From positions 496,001-560,000 of the forward strand of contig MU061537.1 of the NCBI GenBank assembly GCA_013265495.1: a stretch of 64,000 nucleotides of DNA, written 5' to 3'. The DNA comes from Vicugna vicugna. Taxonomy: Eukaryota. A program made the translations under genes and the position numbers. Numbering within the stretch: the stretch's first letter is position 1; every line of letters starts with the position of its first letter. Below are positions 37,578 through 53,552 of the stretch, piece after piece. Below the pieces are notes generated by a model. The model saw nothing but the letters and a program-made list of their open reading frames with translations. It did not search any database and was not told the origin of the DNA.

Positions 37578-39343
37578 ATACAGAAATGTGAAGGCCATAT
37601 GCATTAAATGAAAAGACGTTTTGCAGTGAACATTATGCAGACTCAAACTGAAGGCATCCTCATCTTATTAAGATACAATATAAAAATAAACACTGACCAG
37701 GAGTTGCTAGACAGAACTCAGCTTCTACCCACCCCTATCAAGCTGAAACTTTCCACAGGAAAACCTGATTTCAATTCATGCTGAATTGTTCAAATGGAAA
37801 GAAAAACTAAGGCAAGGTAGAGATAACACATGGACTGGTTATTGTGCTTTTAGAGAGCCAGACTGAAGCTCTACTCAGCTTCGCAATAAAAGTTTGTTTC
37901 ACTTTAAGTTGTATCTCTAGTCACCTAAGCAATACGTGAAGTGAAAAACAAACAAAAAAAGTCAATTGTGTTGGGGAGTTTTGTGGGGATAGACAGGTTT
38001 AGGGGAGGAGATGAAAGTTAAAATCATTCACTTAATTACTTCTGATCAGGAAAAAGTGGTATCAGGTCTGAGTCATCTGTATTAGCCCTTTGACAGCCTT
38101 TGTAGTGGCCAAGAGCCAAGATCCATTAAAAGTATCAGCATAATAAATGCTTGATATTAGCAAAGTTTGGTGCCTGTCCTCTTTATAGGCCCAAATACTG
38201 GACTTTGTATCAGGATACTTTTAACATCAAATTGCCCTTATAAATGGGATTTTTCTTAATAAACTTCTCTTTGCACTCACTTCTGAATTGAAAAATGTTT
38301 TAGAGAATTGGTTGGAAAGACAGTTGTGTTAAGACTAATGACTAGCATGGTATCGGTGGGTTAGATACAGACAAAACTACATCCAGAACCCTTAATATAG
38401 ACAGAATATATCGATTTACGTAGGAAGCCAAATAGGGAACAAAAAAGATCTAAAGATTAGATACTGTTACTGTCTGGACTCAGGATACTGCTAGTCAGCA
38501 GCTGAAATTTACAACTCCCTAAATTCAATCTGAGCGAGACATTTAAAGGAGTCTGGAGGAATCAGGACAGTCTAGTGCTAAAGACTGGAAGTTCTGATGG
38601 CACCTCCCTCCCTTACAAACTGTAATGCTGACTGCATGAAGGAGGTGGTTGAGAGATACATTTTTTTCATTTTGACTTTTGTCCTAATGAATGATGGAGT
38701 TGGATAATGCTAAAAGAAAGTATAGAATGCATTTCTGGTTCTAGGACTATGAGAACCAAGTAATTCAACTTGGAATATTCTCATTAGGTTAGAAGAGAAG
38801 AGAAAATCATTAGCGGGACAATCCCAAAGACCAACAGCTCCAGAAATCAGTTTTGTGGTTATTGTCCCTTATTCAACGAGACACTTATTTCAATAAGCTA
38901 CACTACTTAGCAGAGCCTGAGAGGCAGACTGAAAACATGTATTTAAGATAGAAAACAAACTTTAAAAAATGTGATAAATGGTTTGCTCTACATCTCATTC
39001 ACATTCTATGGCTAGAGAGCTCCAAATTTCACTTAGGTATTCCTGCTTATCCAAAAGCACACTGGATGAAAGTAAACAAAGAAATGAGAGAAAATGTTTA
39101 TTGGGTGTGTGTGGGTTCACCCCACTTATTCGCCTCTGGAGTGGAAGTATAGAGAGAAACAAAGTCTGCTTACAATAGTCAAGGTCTGTGGAGGAGCCCG
39201 GAAGATGCTTTCCCCAAATCACAAGTTTGATTCAAGAAAAGGAAAAAAAAATGATGAAAAACATCTTATCACACAAAATTCAGTGATGGTGTCTCTGACA
39301 GTCACTGACCAGCAAGGGAAAAGGAGAAACCCATCTGCTGGCT

Positions 39344-41780
<2,437 letters not shown>

Positions 41781-41788
41781 GTTAACTA

Positions 41789-41913
41789 GGTGCGGAAGGG
41801 TATAGCTCAAGTGGTAAGGTGCATGCTTAGCATGCATGAGGTCCTGGGTTCAATCCCCTGTACCTCCTCTAGAAATGAATAAATAAACCTCATTACCTCT
41901 CTCCCCGACCCCC
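41789..41913 (+). mobile_element. Vic-1-like SINE with TSD
   Basis: TSD aaaagttaacta at 41777-41788 and 41914-41925. Confidence 0.9.
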
Positions 41914-41924
41914 AAAAGTTAACT

Positions 41925-42710
41925 ATATACCCACAAGAAATTAAAACATGTCCACACAAAAAATCTTATCTATGAATGTTCATAGCAGCACTTTATAATA
42001 GCCCCAAAGTGGAAATTACTCAAATGCCCATCAACTGATAAATAAATGAATAAGAGTGGTAAAACCATATAATGAAATACTATTTGAGTATCAAACTATA
42101 GTTTTGAGAAATGTTACCAGTAGGGGAATCTGGGCAAAAGATATAAGGAATCTCTCTGTATTATTTCTTAGAACTGCATGTGAATATACAAATGTGTCAA
42201 TAAAAACTTCAGTTGAAAAAATTGTTCCAGAAGGTGACATTGGTTGTATTCTCAAAGTGCCCTGTCGAACAGTGACCTAAAATTTTATGTCATAGATTTA
42301 GTTATTTATATTATAGTTTCTAAAATGAACTTTAATATGAATAACAAAAAAGAAATGAAGCATTGATATACACTACAACATGAATGAACCTTGAAAACAT
42401 TATCCTAAGAAGCTGGTCACAAAAAACCGTAAGTTTTTGTGACTCTATTTATATGAAATATCCAGAAAAGGCAAATCTGCAGAGACATAACGTAGAATAG
42501 TGGCTGCCTGGAGCTGGGCAGGAGGGGTGGGGAAATGTGGGGAAAACTGCTAACGAGTATGGGGTTTATTTTGGGAGTGATCAAAATGTTCTAAGATTGT
42601 GAAGATGGTTGCACAATTGTGTGAATATACTAAAATTCATTTAATTGTATACTTTAAATGGGTCAACTGTATGGTATGTGAGTTATATATCAATAAAGAC
42701 ATTAAAAAAT
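41925..42710 (+). mobile_element. Old L1 3' end fragments (L1MB/MC-like)
   Basis: atgttcatagcagcactt...aacatgaatgaaccttgaaaacattat...ggttgcacaattgtgtgaatatactaaaa. Confidence 0.75.
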
Positions 42711-42935
42711 TCCTTGTGAGCTTATGAGATAGGGTGGCAGAGGTACGGTGAAGCTTCAGAACATTTTACATGTTGATTAATCATGCCTTTCTTGTCCCTC
42801 ATTAACCCCGGAAAACAGTGACTATATAACTTACTCAGCACCCTGAATTTCTATACTTCTTTTTCCAACCTTAAGAGTAGGATAAAGGTTATAAAATGTG
42901 GGATTTTAAAAGCATTTTAAAAAACATTTGCTCAC

Positions 42936-43185
<250 letters not shown>

Positions 43186-44346
43186 TCAGAGAAAAAGACA
43201 TAAGGGACCCTGGCTCATTTACTTTATTCAAATCAAAATCTTTCAATATGTTATATACACATTATTGGTTAAGTGTTAAGTGACATGTAAAGCAACATAA
43301 CAAACTATCTCTGTCCTCATGAAATTTAAATTCTAGTGGGGAGATAAAATAACACTTGAAGTGGGGCCCTAGTGACAGAGTGGAAATAAATGATAATGGA
43401 GAAAAGATTCAAAAACTCTTTGAGTCTGGAAAATCAACTTGTGACACAATAAAAGTAGGAAAGTCAGGAAAAGGAGTCAGTTTTGGGGAAAAGTTGATGA
43501 AGTTTGGTTTTAACTGATATGGGATAGCCAAGTTGAACTGTCTGGCCAATAGTTAGCTATGTTCCTGGGGCTGGAAAAAGAAGACAGGCTGAGAAACCTG
43601 GGAGTTAATATCATGGAGGTAATAAATGAAGCTGTAAAAGTAAATGGTATCTCCAAAAGGATACAAAGTGATACAGACTGAGACTTAGATGTTAAGGATT
43701 GGAGAAGTAAGGGAAATAGGGTACAGTCAGAGAAGGAAGAGGATGTAGTATAACAAAGGTCAAGAACAGAGAAAGTTTCAAGTAGGAGGTGGTGGTCAAA
43801 AGTGTCAAACACCACATATAGGTTAAAAGAAAAAAATTAACTGAAGACTGAAAATTAGATAGTGACGCCTAAGAACGCAGTTTCAGTAGAATGCTAAGTA
43901 TGACCCTGAAGCTGGGAGAGGAAAATACGAGTAGTAAGAAAGTGGAGACAGCAGTATAGCTCATATGCTGGTGGGCTTGGAATATGTGGAAGGAGAGAAA
44001 CTGGTTATCTGAGGACGACCAGAGTTAAGACTGTGCTTGCTCACACGTTTGCCTCTTCATATATAATACTCTATTTCATAATATTGTAGCTACAGACAGA
44101 GATGGAGAAATAATCAACAGCATCCTAAGTGTGATTTTTCTGCATAAAAAAGGAAGGCAAAATCATGAACTTCTTAAAACTCTTTAGATCATGGATACTT
44201 GGATTTCTCTCTTGGCTACAGGATAATTAAACGTGTTATACAACGGGACAACTGAGTCAGTGATACTTATTTTGTCTCACTACTCAAATCTTCCTCTTCC
44301 TCCAAAATGGACCATTGGTATCTGTCTTTTCAGGAGTGGAGGTTCA

Positions 44347-44589
<243 letters not shown>

Positions 44590-44889
44590 TTACATGAACT
44601 CTAAGTACAGAATAAGAGAAAAAATATCCAAATCCCTTAATCTAAACCCCCTAAAGTATGATCTTCTGCCTGACTTCACGCCCTTTGTAAATTCCTACGG
44701 TTTGGCTGTTATTTAATAATTGGCATGCCAAATTTTAATTTTGGGGAAGAATTTTGGCTTCTTTAAAATCTGTTTCCATGACATTCTAAATTTCAGAGTG
44801 GGATACAAATAAGTAGAAAATTGTATAAACCATTGAGCCTTTTACAAAGTCTCCAAGTTATGTATTATTTGCAAGCTATTTTGATGGGT

Positions 44890-45075
44890 GGTGTAGTAGA
44901 AACCCAGCTCTGCCACTGATTAGATAAGTACCTTGGGTACGTTCTCAAGTGCAACATCCTCATCTGTAAAATCAGGGCACTAACAACTGTCTTTGTAAGT
45001 TTACTGTGAGGAGTAAGTGAGATATATATTAAGAAAGCACTTAGTATAGTACATGGCATATTGTAGTCACTTACA
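44890..45075. mobile_element. MIR SINE
   Basis: aacccagctctgccact...ccttggg...cctcatctgtaaaatcaggg...aaagcacttagtatagt. Confidence 0.7.
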
Positions 45076-45774
45076 TGTTAGTTTCCTTTCTGTAGGAACT
45101 ACAGGGAATACAAAAACATACAATTAACAGCCACTGTCTTAAGGAGCCGAAAATGTAACTGAAAGACCATGCAAAACTGAGGAAAGCTCTGTGATAATAT
45201 AAAATTTAAATAAAAGCTCAATTGAAAAGGGAGAAGAGACAGGCATAAATGACAACTGGAAGTTTGGTTTAGATGATAGTTTTTCAAATTACAAACCACT
45301 TTTAGGCTAGAGTAGTCAGGAACTCTTATGGGACTTGAGCTGGAGTTTGAAGAATCAGTTCAATTTAGCAGAGAGGGAGGGTTTTTCAGATGAAGGAAAT
45401 TATCTAACTTCTACCTATACTTCAAAAGGGCATTCTAAACAAAATTATCAAGGAAGGAGACCTCAAATATGTTAAGAGATCTAACTGAAGGATTTAATGA
45501 GAAATCATGAGATCAAGTTGGTCAGGGATAGGCTGTGGAAAGCTTTGATGCTTTGAACTTTTAACTGAAAGGCAATATTGAATTCTGAAGGTTCTGAGCA
45601 AGGAGTTAATATTAACACAAGGAAGGCCCATCAACGTTACCAGAAATGTTTGGCATTCTTTAGCTATATTTGGGTGTAGTATTCCCTCTTACTGGAGAGA
45701 ACTGGTGTGATGTTGGCAGGGAGGTTCTACCATGGCTTTAAAGCATCACCAAGACTAAATGACTATTAATAGCA

Positions 45775-45950
45775 GTAATATCTAACATTAATTGAACACT
45801 TATAACATAGTAGATTTGTGCTAAGATTTGCATGCATTATCTGATTACATCTTCACAACAATCCTATAGGGTGGTACTATTATCCACATTTTAAAGATGA
45901 GGAAACTAAGGCTTATGGAGGTTATATAACATGGAGCTAAATAGTGGCAA
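45775..45950. mobile_element. MIR SINE
   Basis: cttcacaacaatcctata...tactattatccacattttaaagatgaggaaactaaggct. Confidence 0.7.
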
Positions 45951-46659
45951 AGAATTTTTTAAAAATTCCAGTTTTTCCTCTTTATTGATTTGGGGGCCAT
46001 GCACTCACTTTTCTTTAGGAAGCTATCATTGAAATTTTAACATGCATGATAATTAATTTAAAATTAATACAAGAGCTACTTTACTTCTAAAACAAATCAA
46101 TGTATTAACCACTCTCCTAGTTGGCCAATATTTTATCTTTCTTTACCTCACAAATCAGACACTGCTATTGGCATCATCATTATTTTATACGGGTAGCACT
46201 TCTTTAGATTTACCCAGATGCTTACCAATTTCTTTGCTCACCATCCCTTCTTGCATCTCAGACCTCCTTTCTGGTACCATTTTCCTTCTTCCTAAAGTAG
46301 AATTTCCTTACGTGAAAGTCTGTTGGAGGCAAACTCTACTTTATCTGAAATGTCTTTATCTTACCATTGTTCTTAAAAGATAGTTTCTCTGGATATAAAA
46401 TTCTAGGTTGACAGTTTTATCACATTAAAGATACTATGCCCTCCTTTCCTAGCTTCCACTGTTGCAGCGAGAAATTTATCATCCTCACTGATTGTGGAAG
46501 GTGATTTGTCTTTTTTCTTTGGTCCTTTAAGATCTTCTCTCTTGGTGTTTTGCAGTTTGACCACAACATAACTGTAATGAATTTACTTATTTTGTTTGGC
46601 ATATGCTTCCTGTACCTGTAGTTTTATTTATTCATTTAGTATCCTAGGAATCCCATTGA

Positions 46660-46795
46660 CGTTATTTATTTAGTTATTGGGGGGGTGGTAGTTAGGTTTG
46701 CTTATTTATTTAGTTTTAGAGGAGGGACTGAGGACCGAGCCCAGGACCCTGGGTATGCTAAGCATGAGCTCTACCGCTTGAGCTATACCCTCCCC
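46660..46795 (-). mobile_element. Vic-1-like SINE inside an old antisense L1 fragment (about 46170-47250)
   Basis: ccaggaccctgggtatgctaagcatgagctctaccgcttgagctataccctcccc. Confidence 0.85.
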
Positions 46796-47274
46796 ACTGT
46801 AGGTTCATTTTTCAGTTCTCAAAAATTCTCAACTTACCTCTAAGAATTTTGGGTTTCCTCCATCTCCTTTATTCTTTCTTTCAATCTTTTTTATTCTAAC
46901 TCCCACGTCTTTTAACCTCTCTTTCATATTTTCCATTTTGTCTCTGTATTGCTCTCTCAAGAGTTATTTCATATCTGCCTTCCAATTTACTCTCTCCACC
47001 TATATTTAATAGGTTAAACTAACCCTGAGATTTTGATTTCAACTACTTTTCATTTCTCAAAGTTTTAGTTAGTTATTTTTCATATTTGCCAGATCATTTG
47101 TGATCCCTTTTCTTGTTCATTTTGTGATTCTTTTATTTCTTTAAAAATGTCATAGATATTTCATATTATCTGATCATTTTAGTATCTGAGGTCTCTGAAT
47201 GACCTGTTATTTCTGCTGATTTTTTCTCATGGGTGTATTTTTCTCTTTATGTTTGATGATATTTGATTAAGACC

Positions 47275-47306
<32 letters not shown>
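47275..47306. repeat. (TAGT)8 tetranucleotide microsatellite
   Basis: Read directly from the sequence. Confidence 0.95.
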
Positions 47307-48140
47307 GAATCCATGAGATTCTGGAGGCATGAATTGAGGATGTCTTCCTCTAGAGAGGAAGATGGACATTTGGTTCAGCTGAGAGCAAGGCATGGGGGTA
47401 CCAGGAGACTGCCACACAACAGGAAACAGATTTAAACCCAGATTCTCCATTTTATTTCAACCCAAAGGTTTATTCATTACCACCCACAATTCCTAAATCT
47501 CTGGACTGATTTGGTAATGTGCCCCAGAGTAACCTGGTTTTCATGATTGTTTATTGCTCACCTCTAGAATTTTAATTTTGGTGTTTGGGGGCTCTGAAGA
47601 TTTCCTTTACTTTCCAAAGGATCAACAATACATTAAAAATTATGTTTACTCAAGACTTAGTCTCTGACCACTATACTGCCAGAAGGAGAGATCTTCTAAT
47701 TCCATTCTTCCCATAGCCAGGATGATCTTTAAGCTCAAATCTAATTAGATAACTCCCTTCCCCTCTGCTTAAAAATATTTCAAATGCTCCTCCTGGTGAA
47801 GTCCAAATTCTTTAGTACATAGCACTTACACCAGGGGGCTGTTACTGGTCTCTCTCTGGCCCCTTTCCCCTAGAACAGCATACTCCGGCTTTCTGGAACT
47901 ATTTTAAGTATTCTTTAATGCCTCATTTCTGCCGGCTGGCCTTTCCACACACAGTTCTCTCTGTCTAGGAGAACCAACAGTCTTCTTTCCCCAACTCCTC
48001 CCTGTACTTAAGGATTGAGTACAAGGGTCACATCTTCCACATAACCTACTCTAACATGATCTTTCCCCCAACTCCACCCTCTGGGTTAGGTTCCTCACCT
48101 GTGTGTATATGTGTCTATTTCTCCTCTGTCGTTTATATCA

Positions 48141-48705
48141 TTTTATTTATTTATTTATTATTAAAGTATAGTTGATTTACAAAGTTGTGTTAGTTTCTGG
48201 TGTACAGCAAAGTGATTATTTTATACACACACACACACACACGTGTGTGTGTGTGTGTATTCCATTCAGATTCTTTTCCATTATAGGTTATTACAAGATA
48301 TTGAATATAGTTCCCTGTGCCATACAGTAGTTCCTTGTCATTTTTCTATTTTATATATAGTAGTGTATATCCATTAATCTCAAACTCCTAATTTATCCAT
48401 CCTCCCCCCTTTCCCCTTTGGTAACCATAAGTTTGTTTTCTGCCTGTGAGTTTATTTCTGTTTTGTAAATAAGTTCATTTGTATTTTTTTTTAGATTTCA
48501 CATATAAGTGATATATGATATTTGTCTTTCTCTGTCTGACTTCACTTAGTATAATAATCTCTAGGTCCATCCATGTTGCTACAAATGGCATTATTTCTTT
48601 CCTTTTAATGTCTGAGTAATATTCCATTATATAGACACACATACACACATACATACATACATACATATGAATATATATATACCACATATTCTTTATCCAC
48701 TCATC
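48141..48705 (-). mobile_element. Cetartiodactyl L1 3' end (L1_Art-like)
   Basis: aagtatagttgatttaca...ttataggttattacaagatattgaatatagttccctgtgc...ctctaggtccatccatgttgct. Confidence 0.85.
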
Positions 48706-51424
48706 TACCTTATTATTTATTCTATTGCATTGCAATCAACTGTATGTCAGTAGACTATAAATTTCTTAGGGACAGAGTATATGACTGATACATAGTATTT
48801 CTCAATAAATGTTACTTAAAAGCATAAATTTATGATTCAAAGTAAATATGTGAATCTGCAAAACCTCAACCTGAAACATGAGCATCCTCAGACATATCCA
48901 AGGTTCCCAGGGGCCACATCTTAGTTTCAAAGCTAGGATTAGTTCTCCCCACTGCCTGCTTCATGACTCCTTCAAGAGTCATATTTGCACCTCCTCTTTA
49001 AGGAAGGAGTAAGCCTTTTTTTTTCTCCCAAGTAATAATTGATTTCATACAAGTTAGCTGCCTAATTAAGGTTAAACTATAACTTTACTTTAGAAAATAT
49101 AATTTACTTAGGCATAACTTTTATATAATCCTGGTGACTTTATGATTCTCAACAGGTGTGCAAACAGTTCAGCCAGTACTAAAGCAATTAGAGGAACTTT
49201 TCCTTTGTTTTTTCATTTCTTTCTGACTATATAACTTCTGTTTCAGTGACAATGATGTCAGATTGTCAACAAAACTATAAAGGATAAGAACTGTAAATAA
49301 AGAAACAATGGATACAAAATGTATGTTTTTCAATATCACTCTTTCCCATTCACAGTACCTCATTTTATGTAAAACTCTTCAAATTAGTTTTCTAACTTCT
49401 TTTTTTATTGAATTACATGCCATATTAGAAAAAAGTATAAAAATACATATGTAGAGTTTTTAAAAATAATTATAACTCTAAGGTCCATTTTCCTCTAAAT
49501 ATATCTAGTTGTCTTGGGGAATTCTCAAACCATGGATAATAAAGATTCTGGGTTAAAGGGCCAGTGCTTTAGTATGCAGGACGATCTAGCACATGCATAC
49601 TAAAGCTCACCATTCAGTCATTAAATTTAATTACCAAAGGCTGTATACATAACGGAAAAGAAAAAGAGAAAAATTTTAGCATCTACTGAAAAAACATTAT
49701 TGTATCTTGCCTCATGACCAAAAGAAAATACTGGAGGATTGGCAGAATGAGAGCTTTCTGATCTTTCTGTATGTATAGCAGACTTTGTTTTTTCTTGATT
49801 AGAAAAGTAATGTATAATTGTCAAAAAAAGAAAAAAGAAAAAAAGAGAAAAGATTATATTATAGAAACGTATAACTTAGAAAGTAAAAGTCTCATATTTT
49901 TATTATCTCCAGGTAATAGTTCAGTGGTTTTTTTCTAGATTTTATATACACAGTCCATTATATACTATTGCATACAGAAATGGGATCATACTGAGTGGCA
50001 ACTTTTCCACTTACCCATCATTTTGGGTATCTTTCCACATCACTAAATATGGAGCTACCTCATTCACTGTAATAGCTGCATAGTACTGCATTTTAGATCC
50101 ATTCTAGTCTAGCTATCCAAGCCCTTACTGAGTTATGTTTGGGTTGCCTACAATTTTTTGCCGTTATTAAAAAAAAGCTATAAAGAAATATTCATTTGTA
50201 TGTGTATTTATGTTGAATAAATTGCTAGAAGAAACTTTTGAGTCAAAGATTATACATATTGAAATTTTTGATGCCATTTTATTCTCATAAAAGGTTGGGC
50301 AATGAGATTTCAATAAATTCAGACAGTCAATACGTTATGCTGAATTTCCGCCTAGTTAAGTATTTGTTATTCAAACTTCCTTGAAGACACACCTTCAAAC
50401 AACTCTGAAGGTTAGAGATTTTAAAGTTACCTGCTTAGGGTAAAAAGAGGAAAGAAAGCAAAGAAACTTAAAGCATCATTAAAGACTATCCTTATAAGAA
50501 ATTTTAAAAGATGTTAGAAAGTCCTTATGATAAAGTTGAATGAAAACCAACCAAATACATAATTGTATACTCAAGATTATCATAATTATATAAAATACTT
50601 TAAAAAGTGGTTTTCTAATTTTTCCAAATTGTCTACACTGAGAAAAATATTTTATTAGGGAAAAAACTCAGAAAAAAAATCCTTCCAACCCTCCAAATCA
50701 AAACACTCAGCATTAAAATTGCTTCACTTTCCATAAGAGAAGGAATTTTATTGTGTCTTCTTGAAGCCTTTTTTATATGCCCAATTCCAAACCCCAAAGT
50801 CTGTATGATAATCTCCAGGGGCTATCAAAAATTGTATGAGAATACAAAAGTTATATGAGCAAAACAAATTCATTTTTTCCTCTAAAAAATTACTTTATGA
50901 GTTAATTTACTGTACACCAGAAACTGACACATTGTAAACTGACTATAACTCAACAGAAAAAAAAAAGTTTGTTTACTAGTTTTCTTTAAAGTGCTTTATT
51001 AAAAGAGTGCCTTTTAGGATTTGTTATAAATTCCTCTTTTATAAATTAATGTGATGCATTCTAACTCCAATTAATAGTCTATGTCCACATAGCCAACAGA
51101 AACACTTTAGAAAACAGATTAAGCGTTCAAAGCTCACCCTGTTTAATCATAATGGGGAGTAAGGAATTATGACCTGGATGTTATTTGGTTTACCAGATGA
51201 TTTCAGCATGACTGGGAAGAATGGATTATAAAACTAGACAAATGGATAAGATCTCTTAATAAACTACATGAAGATTATATCGTTTCAGGCTTATTCAGGA
51301 TACTGGGTGGGAAGATGCAAAGCTGCTGATAATAATCAATTTATCAGTTTTCTCAGGGCCACCAGTTAGGATTTTTTTAAAATAAAGCCATTACTAAAAG
51401 TTCAGAAAATAAAAACAACATGGT

Positions 51425-51628
51425 GTATAGTACAGGGAAATATACACAAAATGTTATGATAAATCACAGAGAAAAAAATGTGACAATGAGTGTGTATATG
51501 TCCATGAATGACTGAAAAATTGTGCTGAACACTGGAATTTGACACAACACTGTAAAATGATTATGAAACAATAAAAATGTAAAAAATAAAAAAAATAAAT
51601 AAAAGGGCAAAAAATAAAAAAAATAAAA
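51425..51628 (+). mobile_element. Young 5'-truncated L1 3' end with A-rich tail and perfect 19-bp TSD
   Basis: TSD aaaataaaaacaacatggt at 51406-51424 and 51629-51647. Confidence 0.88.
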
Positions 51629-52354
51629 AAAATAAAAACAACATGGTAATGCCTTGTCAGTGAAAATGAAGTCCAAAATAAAGGAAAGCAACTGGTAATC
51701 TTTGAATATTCCTACATAAGTTTTAAATCTCATTCTGGCCAATAAAAGTATCCTTAATTTTTAATTCTAAAAAATTTAAAAGTGATTGTAGTACCAAAAA
51801 CAGTAACTTATATGCCTTTCTTTTCCCACAATCTGTTACTTATGAGAAAATGGAATTTCCATCACTACACATCATGCAAAGGAAATGAAGGAAAGAAATA
51901 GTTGAGAAGGGGGAGTAAAAATCTGAAAATGTGCATAAGGCACTCAATCTATTTCCCTATGACTCCTTAAATGATTTAAAATAGATTGAGAGACACATAA
52001 AAGCAGCTTACATGCCCCAACTGGGAGCTAGGGTGGGCAATATCAGAGATCTGCGTTCTGATTACAGACGAGCAGATAGAGGACACTGTTGTAACCCCCC
52101 TGGCTTGCTGCAACCCTTCCCCTTCTGGCTGAAGTGAATTCCAGGTGATTTAAAGAACTGATGCCTTTCTCTTCCCCTTCATTTTCCTTTTTCCCCTTTG
52201 TGGAGACAGATACCAAAGACTAGGACATTCAAAAGCAACTACATACACAGGTTAATTAGAAGGGCATTACAAATGCCCAAGGAAAGGCACAGGCTCAGAA
52301 AAGACTTAAGAAGACCTTAATTTTACACTTTAGGCTGATCCTCAGCACAGAGAT

Positions 52355-53552
52355 AAAAGCATTACACCACACACAAAAATCAACTCAAAATGGATTAAAG
52401 GCTTGAATGTTAACACCTGAAACAGTTAAATTACAAGAAGAAAACAGAGGGTGAGGTCTTTGACATTGTTCTTGGCAAACCACATATTCAATAAGTGGTT
52501 AATATCCAAAATATACAAGGAACTCATATACCTCAACGGCAAAAATCCAAACCCAGTTAAAAAATGGGCAAAGGACCTGAACAGACGTTTTCCCAAAGAA
52601 GACATACAAATGGCCAACAGGTACATGTAAAGGTGCTCAACATCACTAATCATCAGGGAAATGCAAATCTAAACCACAATGAGATAACACCTTATACCTG
52701 CTAGGGTGGCCGTTATCAAAAAGGTAAGAGAGAAATGGTAGAGAGAAATGTGAAAAAAAGGGAACTCCTGTACACTGTTGGTGGGAATGTAAACTAGTCC
52801 AGCCACTCTGGAAAACAATATGGAGGTTCCTCAAGAAGTCAAAACTAGAGTTACCATTTGATCCAGCAATCCCACTTCTGGGTGTATATCCAATCATTTC
52901 AAAGAGATATATGTATTCTTGTGCTCACTGCAGCATTTTTCACAACAGCCAAGGTATGGAAACAATCTTAGTGCCCATCAATGAATAAATGAGTGAAGGG
53001 GAAAATATCACTCAGCCTTAAAAAAGAAAGAAATCCTGTCATTTGTGACAACATGGATGAATCTGGACGACATTATGCCCTGGAGATATTTTACCTGGAG
53101 ATATTATTTCACTTGGAGGTGAAATAAGCCAGAGAGAAAGATAAACACTGTACTATATCATTAACATGTAAAATCTGAAAAAAACCAAGCTCATAGAAAC
53201 AGAGTAGAAAAGTTGTTTCAAGGGCCTTGGAGGTTGTGGGGAAAACAGAGGCTGGTAGCAGGGTATAAACTTCCAGTTACATGATGAATAAGGTTTGAGG
53301 ATCTAATGTATATATAACATGGTGACTACAATAGTTGCTAACACTGTATTATATAATTAAAATTTGCTAAGAGAATAGAACTTAAATGTCCTCTCTCTCT
53401 TTGTGTGAGAGAGAGATGTATACATATGTGATATAGGTATACATTGTGAAAAGATTCCTCCAATCGTGTTAATTAACCCATCACCTAACATGTATGTATA
53501 CATATACCAAATCATCACATTGTATACTTCAAATATCTTACAATTTTGTCAA
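52355..53552 (+). mobile_element. L1 (L1MA-like) ORF2 3' part and 3'UTR
   Basis: aaaaatcaactcaaaatggattaaag...aaggtgctcaacatcactaatcatcagggaaatgcaaat...gatccagcaatcccacttctgggt. Confidence 0.85.

Noticed and set aside
51119..51140. ttaagcgttcaaagctca resembles mitochondrial 16S rRNA
   Set aside because: Match is too short and the flanks do not continue; no NUMT supported
53079..53127. Short tandem duplication and 9-bp hairpin
   Set aside because: Local mutation scar inside an L1; too short to be significant
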